A stretch of DNA of 64,000 nt, taken from the NCBI GenBank assembly GCA_964016885.1, contig OZ024756.1:42842001-42906000 (forward strand), in the 5' to 3' direction. Shown here one piece after another: positions 33,201-49,629 of the stretch. Made by a program: the position numbers and the translations under genes. Source of the stretch: Eledone cirrhosa (taxonomy: Eukaryota). The notes beneath the pieces are model-generated. The model was not told the DNA's origin. It saw nothing but the letters and a program-made list of their open reading frames with translations, and searched no databases. Position 1 is the first letter of the stretch. Each line of letters opens with the position of its first letter.

Positions 33201-36200
33201 TAGACACACACTAGAGACAGACATTGGACACACACTAGAGACAGACATTGGAGACACACTAGAGACAGACATTGGACACACACTATAGACAGACATTGGA
33301 CACACACAAGAGACAGACATTGGACACACACTAGAGACAGACATTGGACACACACTAGAGACAGACATTGGACACACACTAGAGACAGACATTGGATACA
33401 CGCCAGAGACAGACATTGGACACACACTAGAGACAGAGATTGGACACACACTAGAGACAGACATTGGACACACACCAGAGACAGACATTGGACACACACT
33501 AGAGACAGACATTGGATACACTAGAGACAGACATTGGACACACTAGAGACAGACATTGGTCACACACTAGAGACAGACGTTGGACACACACTAGAGACAG
33601 ACATTAGACACACACTAGAGACAGACATTGGACACACACTAGAGACAGACATTGGACACACACTAGAGACAGACATTGGACAGACATTAGAGACAGACGT
33701 TGGACACACATTAGAGACAGACATTGGACACACACTAGAGACAGACATTGGACACACACTAGAGACAGACATTGGACACAAACTAGAGACAGACATTGGA
33801 CACACACTAGAGAAAAACATTTGACACACACTAGAGACAGACATTGGACACACACACTAGAGACAGACATTGGACACACACTAGAGACAGACATTGGACA
33901 CACACTGAAGACAGACATTGGACACACACACTAGAGACATATATTAGACACACACTAGCGACAGACATTGGACACACATATTAGGGACAGACATTTGACA
34001 CACACTAGAGACAGACATTGGATACACATTAGAGACAGACATTGGACACACTAGAGACAGACATTGGGCACACACTAGAGACTGACATTGGACACACACT
34101 AGAGACAGACATTGGAGACACTAGAGACAGACATTGGACACACACACTAGTGACATACATTGGACACACACTAGAGACAGACATTGGACACACACTAGAG
34201 ACAGACATTGGATACACACTAGAGACAGACATTGGACACACTAGAGACAGACATTGGGCACACACTAGAGACTGACATTGGACACACACTAGAGACAGAC
34301 ATTGGAGACATTAGAGACAGACATTGGACACACACACTAGTGACAGACATTGGACACACACTAGAGACAGACATTGAACACACAGTAAAGACAGACATTG
34401 GACACACACTAGAGACAGACATTGGACACACTAGAGACAGACATTGGACACACACTAGAGACAGACATTGGACACACACTAGAGACAGATATTGGACACA
34501 CATTAGAGACAGAGATTAGACACACACTAGAGACAGACATTGGACACACACTAGAGACAGACATTGGACACACACTAGTGACAGACATTGGACACACACC
34601 AGAGTCAGATATTGGATACACACACTAGAGAAAGACATTGGACACACACTAGAGACAGACATTAGACACAGACCAGAGACAGACATTGGACACACACTAG
34701 AGACAGACATTGGACACACACCAGAGACAGATATTTGACACACACTAGAGACAGACATTGGACACATACTAGAGACAGACATTGGACACACACTAGAGAC
34801 AGACATTGGACACACACACTAGAGACAGACATTGGACACACACTAGAGACAGACATTGGACACACACTAGAGACAGACATTGGACACACACACTAGAGAC
34901 AGACATTAGACACACACTAGAGACAGACATTGGACACACACACTAGGGACAGACATTGGAGACACACTAGATACAGACATTGGACACACACTAGAGACAG
35001 ACATTGCACACACACTAGAGACAGACATTGGACACACACCAGAGACAGACATTGGACACACACTAGAAACAGACATTGGAGACACACTAGAGACAGACAT
35101 TGGACACACACTAGAGACAGACATTGGACACACACTAGAGACAGACATTGGACACACACTAGAGACAGACATTGGACACACACTAGAAACAGACATTGGA
35201 GACACTCTAGAGACAGACATTGGACACACACTAGAGACAGACATTGGACACACACTAGAGACAGACATTGGACACACTAGAGACAGACATTGGACACACT
35301 AGAGACAGACATTGGTCACACACTAGAGACAGACATTGGACACACACTAGAGACAGACATTAGACACACACTAGAGACAGACATTGGACACACACTAGAG
35401 ACAGACATTGGAGACACACTAGAGACAGACATTGGACACACACTATAGACAGACATTGGACACACACAAGAGACAGACATTGGACACACACTAGAGACAG
35501 ACATTGGACACACACTAGAGACAGACATTGGACACACACTAGAGACAGACATTGGATACACACCAGAGACAGACATTGGACACACACTAGAGACAGAGAT
35601 TGGACACACACTAGAGACAGACATTGGACACACACCAGAGACAGACATTGGACACACACTAGAGACAGACATTGGATACACTAGAGACAGACATTGGACA
35701 CACTAGAGACAGACATTGGTCACACACTAGAGACAGACATTGGACACACACTAGAGACAGACATTAGACACACACTAGAGACAGACATTGGACACACACT
35801 AGAGACAGACATTGGACACACACTAGAGACAGACATTGGACACACATTAGAGACAGACGTTGGACACACATTAGAGACAGACATTGGACACACACTAGAG
35901 ACAGACATTGGACACACACTAGAGACAGACATTGGACACAAACTAGAGACAGACATTGGACACACACTAGAGAAAAACATTTGACACACACTAGAGACAG
36001 ATATTGGACACACACACTAGAGACAGACATTGGACACACACTAGAGACAGACATTGGACACACACTAGAGACAGACATTGGACACACACACTAGAGACAT
36101 ATATTAGACACACACTAGCGACAGACATTGGACACACATATTAGGGACAGACATTTGACACACACTAGAGACAGACATTGGATACACATTAGAGACAGAC

Positions 36201-37540
36201 ATTGGACACACTAGAGACAGACATTGGGCACACACTAGAGACTGACATTGGACACACACTAGAGACAGACATTGGAGACACTAGAGACAGACATTGGACA
36301 CACACACTAGTGACAGACATTGGACACACACTAGAGACAGACATTGGACACACACTAGAGACAGACATTGGATACACACTAGAGACAGACATTGGACACA
36401 CTAGAGACAGACATTGGGCACACACTAGAGACTGACATTGGACACACACTAGAGACAGACATTGGAGACATTAGAGACAGACATTGGACACACACACTAG
36501 TGACAGACATTGGACACACACTAGAGACAGACATTGAACACACAGTAAAGACAGACATTGGACACACACTAGAGACAGACATTGGACACACTAGAGACAG
36601 ACATTGGACACACACTAGAGACAGACATTGGACACACACTAGAGACAGATATTGGACACACATTAGAGACAGAGATTAGACACACACTAGAGACAGACAT
36701 TGGACACACACTAGAGACAGACATTGGACACACACTAGTGACAGACATTGGACACACACCAGAGTCAGATATTGGACACACACACTAGAGAAAGACATTG
36801 GACACACACTAGAGACAGACATTAGACACAGACCAGAGACAGACATTGGACACACACTAGAGACAGACATTGGACACACATCAGAGACAGACATTTGACA
36901 CACACTAGAGACAGACATTGGACACATACTAGAGACAGACATTGGACACACACTAGAGACAGACATTGGACACACACACTAGAGACAGACATTGGACACA
37001 CACTAGAGACAGACATTGGACACACACTAGAGACAGACATTGGACACACACACTAGAGACAGACATTAGACACACACTAGAGACAGACATTGGACACACA
37101 CACTAGGGACAGACATTGGAGACACACTAGATACAGACATTGGACACACACTAGAGACAGACATTGGACACACACTAGAGACAGACATTGGACACACACC
37201 AGAGACAGACATTGGACACACACTAGAAACAGACATTGGAGACACACTAGAGACAGACATTGGACACACACTAGAGACAGACATTGGACACACACTAGAG
37301 ACAGACATTGGACACACACTAGAGACAGACATTGGACACACACTAGAAACAGACATTGGAGACACTCTAGAGACAGACATTGGACACACACTAGAGACAG
37401 ACATTGGACACACACTAGAGACAGACATTGACACACTAGAGACAGACATTGGACACACTAGAGACAGACATTGGTCACACACTAGAGACAGACATTGGAC
37501 ACACACTAGAGACAGACATTAGACACACACTAGAGACAGA
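31090..37540 (+). repeat. ~2.16-kb unit in three tandem copies
   Basis: Triplets 31376/33534/35694, 31871/34029/36189 and 32746/34906/37066 have offsets of 2158-2160. Confidence 0.88.
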
Positions 37541-37699
37541 CATTGGACACACACTAGCGACAGACATTGGACACACACTAGAGACAGACATTGGACACAC
37601 ATTAGAGACAGACGTTGGACACACATTAGAGACAGACATTGGACACACACCAGAGACAGACATTGGACACACACTAGAGACAGACATTGGACACACACT

Positions 37700-39030
37700 A
37701 GAGACAGACATTGGACACACTAGAGACAGACATTGGACACACACTAGAGACAGACATTAGACACACACTAGAGACAGACATTGGACACACACTAGAGACA
37801 GACATTGGACACACACTAGAGACAGACATTGGACACACATTAGAGACAGACGTTGGACACACATTAGAGACAGACATTGGACACACACTAGAGACAGACA
37901 TTGGACACACACTAGAGACAGACATTGGACACAAACTAGAGACAGACATTGGACACACACTAGAGAAAAACATTTGACACACACTAGAGACAGACATTGG
38001 ACACACACACTAGAGACAGACATTGGACACACACTAGAGACAGACATTGGACACACACTAGAGACAGACATTGGACACACACACTAGAGACATATATTAG
38101 ACACACACTAGCGACAGACATTGGACACACATATTAGGGACAGACATTTGACACACACTAGAGACAGACATTGGATACACATTAGAGACAGACATTGGAC
38201 ACACTAGAGACAGACATTGGGCACACACTAGAGACTGACATTGGACACACACTAGAGACAGACATTGGAGACACTAGAGACAGACATTGGACACACACAC
38301 TAGTGACAGACATTGGACACACACTAGAGACAGACATTGGACACACACTAGAGACAGACATTGGACACACACTAGAGACAGACATTAGACACACACTAGA
38401 GACAGACATTGGACACACACTAGAGACAGACATTGGACACACACTAGAGACAGACATTGGACACACATTAGAGACAGACGTTGGACACACATTAGAGACA
38501 GACATTGGACACACACTAGAGACAGACATTGGACACACACTAGAGACAGACATTGGACACAAACTAGAGACAGACATTGGACACACACTAGAGAAAAACA
38601 TTTGACACACACTAGAGACAGACATTGGACACACACACTAGAGACAGACATTGGACACACACTAGAGACAGACATTGGACACACACTAGAGACAGACATT
38701 AGACACACACTAGAGACAGACATTGGACACACACTAGAGACAGACATTGGACACACACTAGAGACAGACATTGGACACACATTAGAGACAGACGTTGGAC
38801 ACACATTAGAGACAGACATTGGACACACACTAGAGACAGACATTGGACACACACTAGAGACAGACATTGGACACAAACTAGAGACAGACATTGGACACAC
38901 ACTAGAGAAAAACATTTGACACACACTAGAGACAGACATTGGACACACACACTAGAGACAGACATTGGACACACACTAGAGACAGACATTGGACACACAC
39001 TAGAGACAGACATTGGACACACACACTAGA
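37700..39030 (+). repeat. 314-bp (13-monomer) module in three nearby copies
   Basis: The module TTAG...CATTAG-CGTTGG-CATTAG...CAAACTAG...GAGAAAAACATTTG starts at 37757, 38385 and 38699 (offsets 628 and 314). Confidence 0.75.
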
Positions 39031-42000
39031 GACATATATTAGACACACACTAGCGACAGACATTGGACACACATATTAGGGACAGACATTTGACACACAC
39101 TAGAGACAGACATTGGATACACATTAGAGACAGACATTGGACACACTAGAGACAGACATTGGGCACACACTAGAGACTGACATTGGACACACACTAGAGA
39201 CAGACATTGGAGACACTAGAGACAGACATTGGACACACACACTAGTGACAGACATTGGACACACACTAGAGACAGACATTGGACACACACTAGAGACAGA
39301 CATTGCATACACACTAGAGACAGACATTGGACACACTAGAGACAGACATTGGGCACACACTAGAGACTGACATTGGACACACACTAGAGACAGACATTGG
39401 AGACATTAGAGACAGACATTGGACACACACACTAGTGACAGACATTGGACACACACTAGAGACAGACATTGAACACACAGTAAAGACAGACATTGGACAC
39501 ACACTAGAGACAGACATTGGACACACTAGAGACAGACATTGGACACACACTAGAGACAGACATTGGACACACACTAGAGACAGATATTGGACACACATTA
39601 GAGACAGAGATTAGACACACACTAGAGACAGACATTGGACACACACTAGAGACAGACATTGGACACACACTAGTGACAGACATTGGACACACACCAGAGT
39701 CAGATATTGGACACACACACTAGAGAAAGACATTGGACACACACTAGAGACAGACATTAGACACAGACCAGAGACAGACATTGGACACACACTAGAGACA
39801 GACATTGGACACACATCAGAGACAGACATTTGACACACACTAGAGACAGACATTGGACACATACTAGAGACAGACATTGGACACACACTAGAGACAGACT
39901 TTGGACACACACACTAGAGACAGACATTGGACACACACTAGAGACAGACATTGGACACACACTAGAGACAGACATTGGACACACACACTAGAGACAGACA
40001 TTAGACACACACTAGAGACAGACATTGGACACACACACTAGGGACAGACATTGGAGACACACTAGATACAGACATTGGACACACACTAGAGACAGACATT
40101 GGACACACACTAGAGACAGACATTGGACACACACCAGAGACAGACATTGGACACACACTAGAAACAGACATTGGAGACACACTAGAGACAGACATTGGAC
40201 ACACACTAGAGACAGACATTGGACACACACTAGAGACAGACATTGGACACACACTAGAGACAGACATTGGACACACACTAGAAACAGACATTGGAGACAC
40301 TCTAGAGACAGACATTGGACACACACTAGAGACAGACATTGGACACACACTAGAGACAGACATTGGACACACTAGAGACAGACATTGGACACACTAGAGA
40401 CAGACATTGGTCACACACTAGAGACAGACATTGGACACACACTAGAGACAGACATTAGACACACACTAGAGACAGACATTGGACACACACTAGCGACAGA
40501 CATTGGACACACACTAGAGACAGACATTGGACACACATTAGAGACAGACGTTGGACACACATTAGAGACAGACATTGGACACACACCTGAGACAGACATT
40601 GGACACACACTAGAGACAGACATTGGACACACACTAGAGACAGACATTGGACACACTAGAGACAGACATTGGACACACTAGTGACAGACATTGGACATAC
40701 ACACTAGTGACAGACATTGGACACACACTAGAGACAGACATTGGACACACACCAGAGACAGACATTGGACACACACCAGAGACAGACATTGGACACACAC
40801 TAGAGACATACATTAGACACACACTAGAGACAGACATTTGACACACACCAGAGACAGACATTGGACACACACTAGAGACAGACATTGGACACACACTAGA
40901 GACAGACATTGGACACACACCAGAGACAGACATTGGACACAAACCAGAGACAGACATTGGACACACACTAGAGACAGACATTGGACACACACTAGAGACA
41001 GACATTGGACACACACCAGAGACAGACATTGGACACACACCAGAGACAGACATTGGACACACACCAGAGACAGACATTGGACACACACCAGAGACAGACA
41101 TTGGACACACACTAGAGACAGACATTGGACACACACCAGAGACAGACATTGGACACACACCAAAGACAGACATTGGACACACACAAGAGACAGACATTGG
41201 ACACACACTAGAGACAGACATTGGACACACACTAGAGACAGACATTGGACACACTAGAGACAGACATTGGATACACACTAGAGACAGACATTGGACACAC
41301 TAGAGACAGACATTGGGCACACACTAGAGACTGACATTGGACACACACTAGAGACAGACATTGGAGACACTAGAGACGGACATTGGACACACACACTAGT
41401 GACAGACATTGGACACACACTAGAGACAGACATTGGACACACACTAGAGACAGACATTGGATACACAGTAGAGACAGACATTGGACACACTAGAGACAGA
41501 CATTGGGCACACACTAGAGACTGACATTGGACACACACTAGAGACAGACATTGGAGACACTAGAGACAGACATTGGACACACACACTAGTGACAGACATT
41601 GGACACACACTAGAGACAGACATTGAACACACAGTAAAGACAGACATTGGACACACACTAGAGTCAGACATTGGACACACACATTAGGGACAGACATTGG
41701 ACACACACTAGAGACAGACATTGGACACACACATTAGGGACAGACATTGGACACACACTAGAGACAGACATTGGATACACTCTAGAGACAGACATTGGAC
41801 ACACTAGAGACAGACATTGGGCACACACTACAGACTGACATTGGACACACACTAGAGACAGACATTGGAGACACTAGAGACAGACATTGGACACACACAC
41901 TAGTGACAGACATTGGACACACACTAGAGACAGACATTGGACACACACTAGAGACAGACATTGGATACACACTAGAGACAGACATTGGACACACTAGAGA

Positions 42001-44149
42001 CAGACATTGGGCACACACTAGAGACTGACATTGGACACACACTAGAGACAGACATTGGAGACACTAGAGACAGACATTGGACACACACACTTGTGACAGA
42101 CATTGGACACACACTAGAGACAGACATTGAACACACAGTAAAGACAGACATTGGACACACACTAGAGACAGACATTGGACACACTAGAGACAGACATTGG
42201 ATACACACTAGAGACAGACATTGGACACACTAGAGACAGACATTGGGCACACACTAGAGACTGACATTGGACACATATTAGAGACAGACATTGGAGACAC
42301 TAGAGACAGACATTGGACACACACACTAGTGACAGACATTGGACACACACTAGAGACAGACATTGAACACACAGTAAAGACAGACATTGGACACACACTA
42401 GAGACAGACATTGGACACACTAGAGACAGACATTGGACACACACTAGAGACAGACATTGGACACACACTAGAGACAGATATTGGACACACATTAGAGACA
42501 GAGATTAGACACACACTAGAGACAGACATTGGACACACAATAGAGACAGACATTGGACACACACTAGTGACAGACATTGGACACACACCAGAGTCAGATA
42601 TTGGACACACACACTAGAGAAAGACATTGGACACACACTAGAGACAGACATTAGACACACACCAGAGACAGACATTGGACACACACTAGAGACAGACATT
42701 GGACACACACCAGAGACAGACATTTGACACACATTAGAGACAGACATTGGACACATACTAGAGACAGACATTGGACACACACTAGAGACAGACATTGGAC
42801 ACACACACTAGAGACAGACATTGGACACACACTAGAGACAGACATTGGACACACACTAGAGACAGACATTGGACACACACACTAGAGACAGACATTAGAC
42901 ACACACTAGAGACAGACATTGGACACACACACTAGGGACAGACATTGGAGACACACTAGATACAGACATTGGACACACACTAGAGACAGACATTGGACAC
43001 ACACTAGAGACAGACATTGGACACACACCAGAGACAGACATTGGACACACACTAGAAACAGACATTGGAGACACACTAGAGACAGACATTGGACACACAC
43101 TAGAGACAGACATTGGACACACACTAGAGACAGACATTGGACACACACTAGAGACAGACATTGGACACACACTAGAAACAGACATTGGACACACACTAGA
43201 GACAGACATTGGACACACTAGAGACAGACATTGGACACACTAGAGACATACATTGGTCACACACTAGAGACAGACATTGGACACACACTAGAGACAGACA
43301 TTAGACACACACTAGAGACAGACATTGGACACACACTAGAGACAGACATTGGACACACACTAGAGACAGACATTGGACACACATTAGAGACAGACGTTGG
43401 ACACACATTAGAGACAGACATTGGACACACACCAGAGACAGACATTGGACACACACTAGAGACAGACATTGGACACACACTAGAGACAGACATTGGATAC
43501 ACTAGAGACAGACATTGGACACACTAGTGACAGACATTGGACATACACACTAGTGACAGACATTGGACACACACTAGAGACAGACATTGGACACACACCA
43601 GAGACAGACATTGGACACACACCAGAGACAGACATTGGACACACACTAGAGACAGACATTAGACACACACTAGAGACAGACATTGGATACACACCAGAGA
43701 CAGACATTGGACACACACTAGAGACAGACATTGGACACACACTAAAGACAGACATTGGACACACACCAGAGACAGACATTGGACACAAACCAGAGACAGA
43801 CATTGGACACACACTAGAGACAGACATTGGACACACACTAGAGACAGACATTGGACACACACCAAAGACAGACATTGGACACACACAAGAGACAGACATT
43901 GGACACACACTAGAGACAGACATTGGACACACACTAGAGACAGACATTGGACACACTAGAGACAGACATTGGATACACACTAGAGACAGACATTGGACAC
44001 ACTAGAGACAGACATTGGGCACACACTAGAGACTGACATTGGACACACACTAGAGACAGACATTGGAGACACTAGAGACAGACATTGGACACACACACTA
44101 GTGACAGACATTGGACACATACTAGAGACAGACATTGGACACACACTAG

Positions 44150-45460
44150 AGACAGACATTGGATACACACTAGAGACAGACATTGGACACACTAGAGACA
44201 GACATTGGGCACACACTAGAGACTGACATTGGACACACACTAGAGACAGACATTGGAGACACTAGAGACAGACATTGGACATACACACTAGTGACAGACA
44301 TTGGACACACACTAGAGACAGACATTGAACACACAGTAAAGACAGACATTGGACACACACTAGAGTCAGACATTGGACACACACATTAGGGACAGACATT
44401 GGACACACACTAGAGACAGACATTGGATACACACTAGAGACAGACATTGGACACACACATTAGGGACAGACATTGGACACACACTAGAGACAGACATTGG
44501 ATACACTCTAGAGACAGACATTGGACACACTAGAGACAGACATTGGGCACACACTAGAGACTGACATTGGACACACACTAGAGACAGACATTGGAGACAC
44601 TAGAGACAGACATTGGACACACACACTAGTGACTGACATTGGACACACACTAGAGACAGACATTGAACACACAGTAAAGACAGACATTGGACACACACTA
44701 GAGACAGACATTGGACACACTAGAGACAGACATTGGACACACACTAGAGACAGACATTGGACACACACTAGAGACAGACATTGGACACACACTAGTGACA
44801 GACATTGGACACACACTAGAGACAGACATTGGACACACACTAGAGACAGACATTGGATACACACTAGAGACAGACATTGGACACACTAGAGACAGACATT
44901 GGGCACACACTAGAGACTGACATTGGACACACACTAGAGACAGACATTGGAGACACTAGAGACAGACATTGGACATACACACTAGTGACAGACATTGGAC
45001 ACACACTAGAGACAGACATTGAACACACAGTAAAGACAGACATTGGACACACACTAGAGTCAGACATTGGACACACACATTAGGGACAGACATTGGACAC
45101 ACACTAGAGACAGACATTGGATACACACTAGAGACAGACATTGGACACACACATTAGGGACAGACATTGGACACACACTAGAGACAGACATTGGATACAC
45201 TCTAGAGACAGACATTGGACACACTAGAGACAGACATTGGGCACACACTAGAGACTGACATTGGACACACACTAGAGACAGACATTGGAGACACTAGAGA
45301 CAGACATTGGACACACACACTAGTGACAGACATTGGACACACACTAGAGACAGACATTGAACACACAGTAAAGACAGACATTGGACACACACTAGAGACA
45401 GACATTGGACACACTAGAGACAGACATTGGACACACACTAGAGACAGACATTGGACACAC
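44150..45460 (+). repeat. 694-bp tandem duplication
   Basis: ORF pairs 44170/44864, 44262/44956, 44366/45060 and 44508/45202 are all +694. Confidence 0.85.
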
Positions 45461-46539
45461 ACTAGAGACAGACATTGGACACACACTAGTGACAGACATT
45501 GGACACACACCAGAGTCAGATATTGGACACACACACTAGAGACAGACATTGGACACACACTAGAGAAAAACATTTGACACACACTAGAGACAGACATTGG
45601 ACACACACACTAGAGACAGACATTGGACACACACTAGAGACAGACATTGGACAAGCACTAGAGACAGACATTGGACACACACACTAGAGACAGACATTAG
45701 ACACACACTAGAGACAGACATTGGACACACACCAAAGACAGACATTGGAGACACACTAGATACAGACATTGGACACACACTAGAGACAGACATTGGACAC
45801 ACACTAGAGACAGACATTGGACACACACCAGAGACAGACATTGGACACACACTAGAAACAGAAATTGGAGACACACTAGAGACAGACATTGGACACACAC
45901 TAGAGACAGACATTGGACACACACTAGAGACAGACATTGGACACACACACTAGAGACAGACATTGGACACACACTAGAGACAGACATCGGACACACACCA
46001 GAGACAGACATTGGACACAAACCAGAGACAGACATTGAACACACACTAGAGACAGACATTGGACACACACTAGAGACAGACATTGGACACACACCAAAGA
46101 CAGACATTGGACACACACAAGAGACAGACATTGGACACACACTAGAGACAGACATTGGACACACACTAGAGACAGACATTGGACACACACTAGAGACAGA
46201 CATTGGACACACACTAAAGACAGACATTGGACACACACTAGAGACAGACATTGGACACACACACTAGAGACATATATTAGACACACACTAGCGACAGACA
46301 TTGGACACACACATTAGGGACAGACATTTGACACACACTAGAGACAGACATTGGATACACACTAGAGACAGACATTGGACACACTAGAGACAGACATTGG
46401 GCACACACTAGAGACTGACATTGGACACACACTAGAGACAGACATTGGAGACACTAGAGACAGACATTGGACACACACACTAGTGACAGACATTGGACAC
46501 ACACTAGAGACAGACATTGGACACACACTAGAGACAGAC

Positions 46540-47460
46540 ATTGGATACACACTAGAGACAGACATTGGACACACTAGAGACAGACATTGGACACACACTA
46601 GAGACAGACATTGGACACACACTAGAGACAGATATTGGACACACATTAGAGACAGAGCTTAGACACACACTAGAGACAGACATTGGACACACACTAGAGA
46701 CAGACATTGGACACACACTAGAGACAGACATTGGATACACACTAGAGACAGACATTGGACACACACATTAGGGACAGACATTGGACACACACTAGAGACA
46801 GACATTGGATACACTCTAGAGACAGACATTGGACACACTAGAGACAGACATTGGGCACACACTAGAGACTGACATTGGACACACACTAGAGACAGACATT
46901 GGAGACACTAGAGACAGACATTGGACACACACACTAGTGACAGACATTGTACACACACTAGAGACAGATATTGAACACACAGTAAAGACAGACATTGGAC
47001 ACACACTAGAGACAGACATTGGACACACTAGAGACAGACATTGGACACACACTAGAGACAGACATTGGACACACACTAGAGACAGATATTGGACACACAT
47101 TAGAGACAGAGCTTAGACACACACTAGAGACAGACATTGGACACACACTAGAGACAGACATTGGACACACACTAGAGACAGACATTGGATACACACTAGA
47201 GACAGACATTGGACACACACATTAGGGACAGACATTGGACACACACTAGAGACAGACATTGGATACACTCTAGAGACAGACATTGGACACACTAGAGACA
47301 GACATTGGGCACACACTACAGACTGACATTGGACACACACTAGAGACAGACATTGGAGACACTAGAGACAGACATTGGACACACACACTAGTGACAGACA
47401 TTGGACACACACTAGAGACAGACATTGAACACACAGTAAAGACAGACATTGGACACACAC
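46540..47460 (+). repeat. 454-bp tandem duplication
   Basis: ORF pairs 46552/47006, 46565/47019 and 46659/47113 are +454. The private variant GACAGAGCTTAG occurs at ~46651 and ~47105. Confidence 0.82.
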
Positions 47461-49629
47461 TAGAGACAGACATTGGACACACTAGAGACAGACATTGGAC
47501 ACACACTAGAGACAGATATTGGACACACATTAGAGACAGAGATTAGACACACACTAGAGACAGACATTGGACACACACTAGAGACAGACATTGGACACAC
47601 ACTAGTGACAGACATTGGACACACACCAGAGTCAGATATTGGACACACACACTAGAGAAAGACATTGGATACACAATAGAGACAGACATTAGACACACAC
47701 CAGAGACAGACATTGGACACACACTAGAGACAGACATTGGAGACACACCAGAGACAGACATTTGACACACACTAGAGACAGACATTGGACACACACTAGA
47801 GACAGACATTGGACACACACTAGAGACAGACATTGGACACACACTAGAGAAAAACATTTGACACACACTAGAGACAGACATTGGACACACACACTAGAGA
47901 CAGACATTGGACACACACTAGAGACAGACATTGAACACGCACTTGAGACAGACATTGGACACACACACTAGAGACAGACATTAGACACACACTAGAGACA
48001 GACATTGGACACACACCAAAGACAGACATTGGAGACACTCTAGATACAGACATTGGACACACACTAGAGACAGACATTGGACACACACCAGAGACAGACA
48101 TTGGACACACACTAGAAACAGACATTGGAGACACACTAGAGACAGATATTGGACACACACTAGAGACAGACATTTGACACACACTAGAGACAGACATTGG
48201 ACACACACTAGAGACAGACATTGGACACACACTAGAGACAGACATCGGACACACACCAGAGACAGACATTGGACACAAACCAGAGACAGACATTGGACAC
48301 ACACTAGACACAGACATTGGACACACACTAGAGACAGACATTGGACACACACCAAAGACAGACATTGGACACACACAAGAGACAGACATTGGACACACAC
48401 TAGAGACAGACATTGGACACACACTAGAGACAGACATTGGACACACATTAGAGACAGACGTTGGACACACATTAGAGACAGACATTGGACACACACTAGA
48501 GACAGACATTGGACACACACTAGAGACAGACATTGGACACACACTAGAGACAGACATTGGACACACACTAGAGAAAAACATTTGACACACACTAGAGACA
48601 GACATTGGACACACACACTAGAGACAGACATTGGACACACACTAGAGACAGACATTGGACACACACTAGAGACAGACATTGGACACACACACTAGAGACA
48701 TATATTAGACACACATTAGCGACAGACATTGGGCACACACTACAGACTGACATTTGACACACACTAGAGACAGACATTGGATACACACTAGAGACAGACA
48801 TTGGACACACTAGAGACAGACATTGGGCACACACTAGAGACTGACATTGGACACACACTAGAGACAGACATTGGAAACACTAGAGACAGACATTGGACAC
48901 ACACCCTAGTGACAGACATTGGACACACACTAGAGACAGACATTGAACACACAGTAAAGGCAGACATTGGACACACACTAGAGACAGACATTGGACACAC
49001 TAGAGACAGACATTGGACACATACTAGAGACAGACATTGGAGACATTAGAGACAGACATTGGACACACACACTAGTGACAGACATTGGACACACACTAGA
49101 GACAGACATTGAACACACAGTAAAGACAGACATTGGACACACACTAGAGACAGACATTGGACACACTAGAGACAGACATTGGACACACACTAGAGACAGA
49201 CATTGGACACACACTAGAGACAGATATTGGACACACATTAGAGACAGAGATTAGACACACACTAGAGACAGACATTGGACACACACTAGAGACAGACATT
49301 GGACACACACTAGTGACAGACATTGGACACACACCAGAGTCAGATATTGGACACACACACTAGAGAAAGACATTGGATACACAATAGAGACAGACATTAG
49401 ACACACAGCAGAGACAGACATTGGACACACACTAGAGACAGACATTGGACACACACCAGAGACAGACATTTGACACACACTAGAGACAGACATTGGACAC
49501 ACACTAGAGACAGACATTGGACACACACTAGAGACAGACATTGGACACACACTAGAGAAAAACATTTGACACACACTAGAGACAGACATTGGACACACAC
49601 ACTAGAGACAGACATTAGACACACACTAG

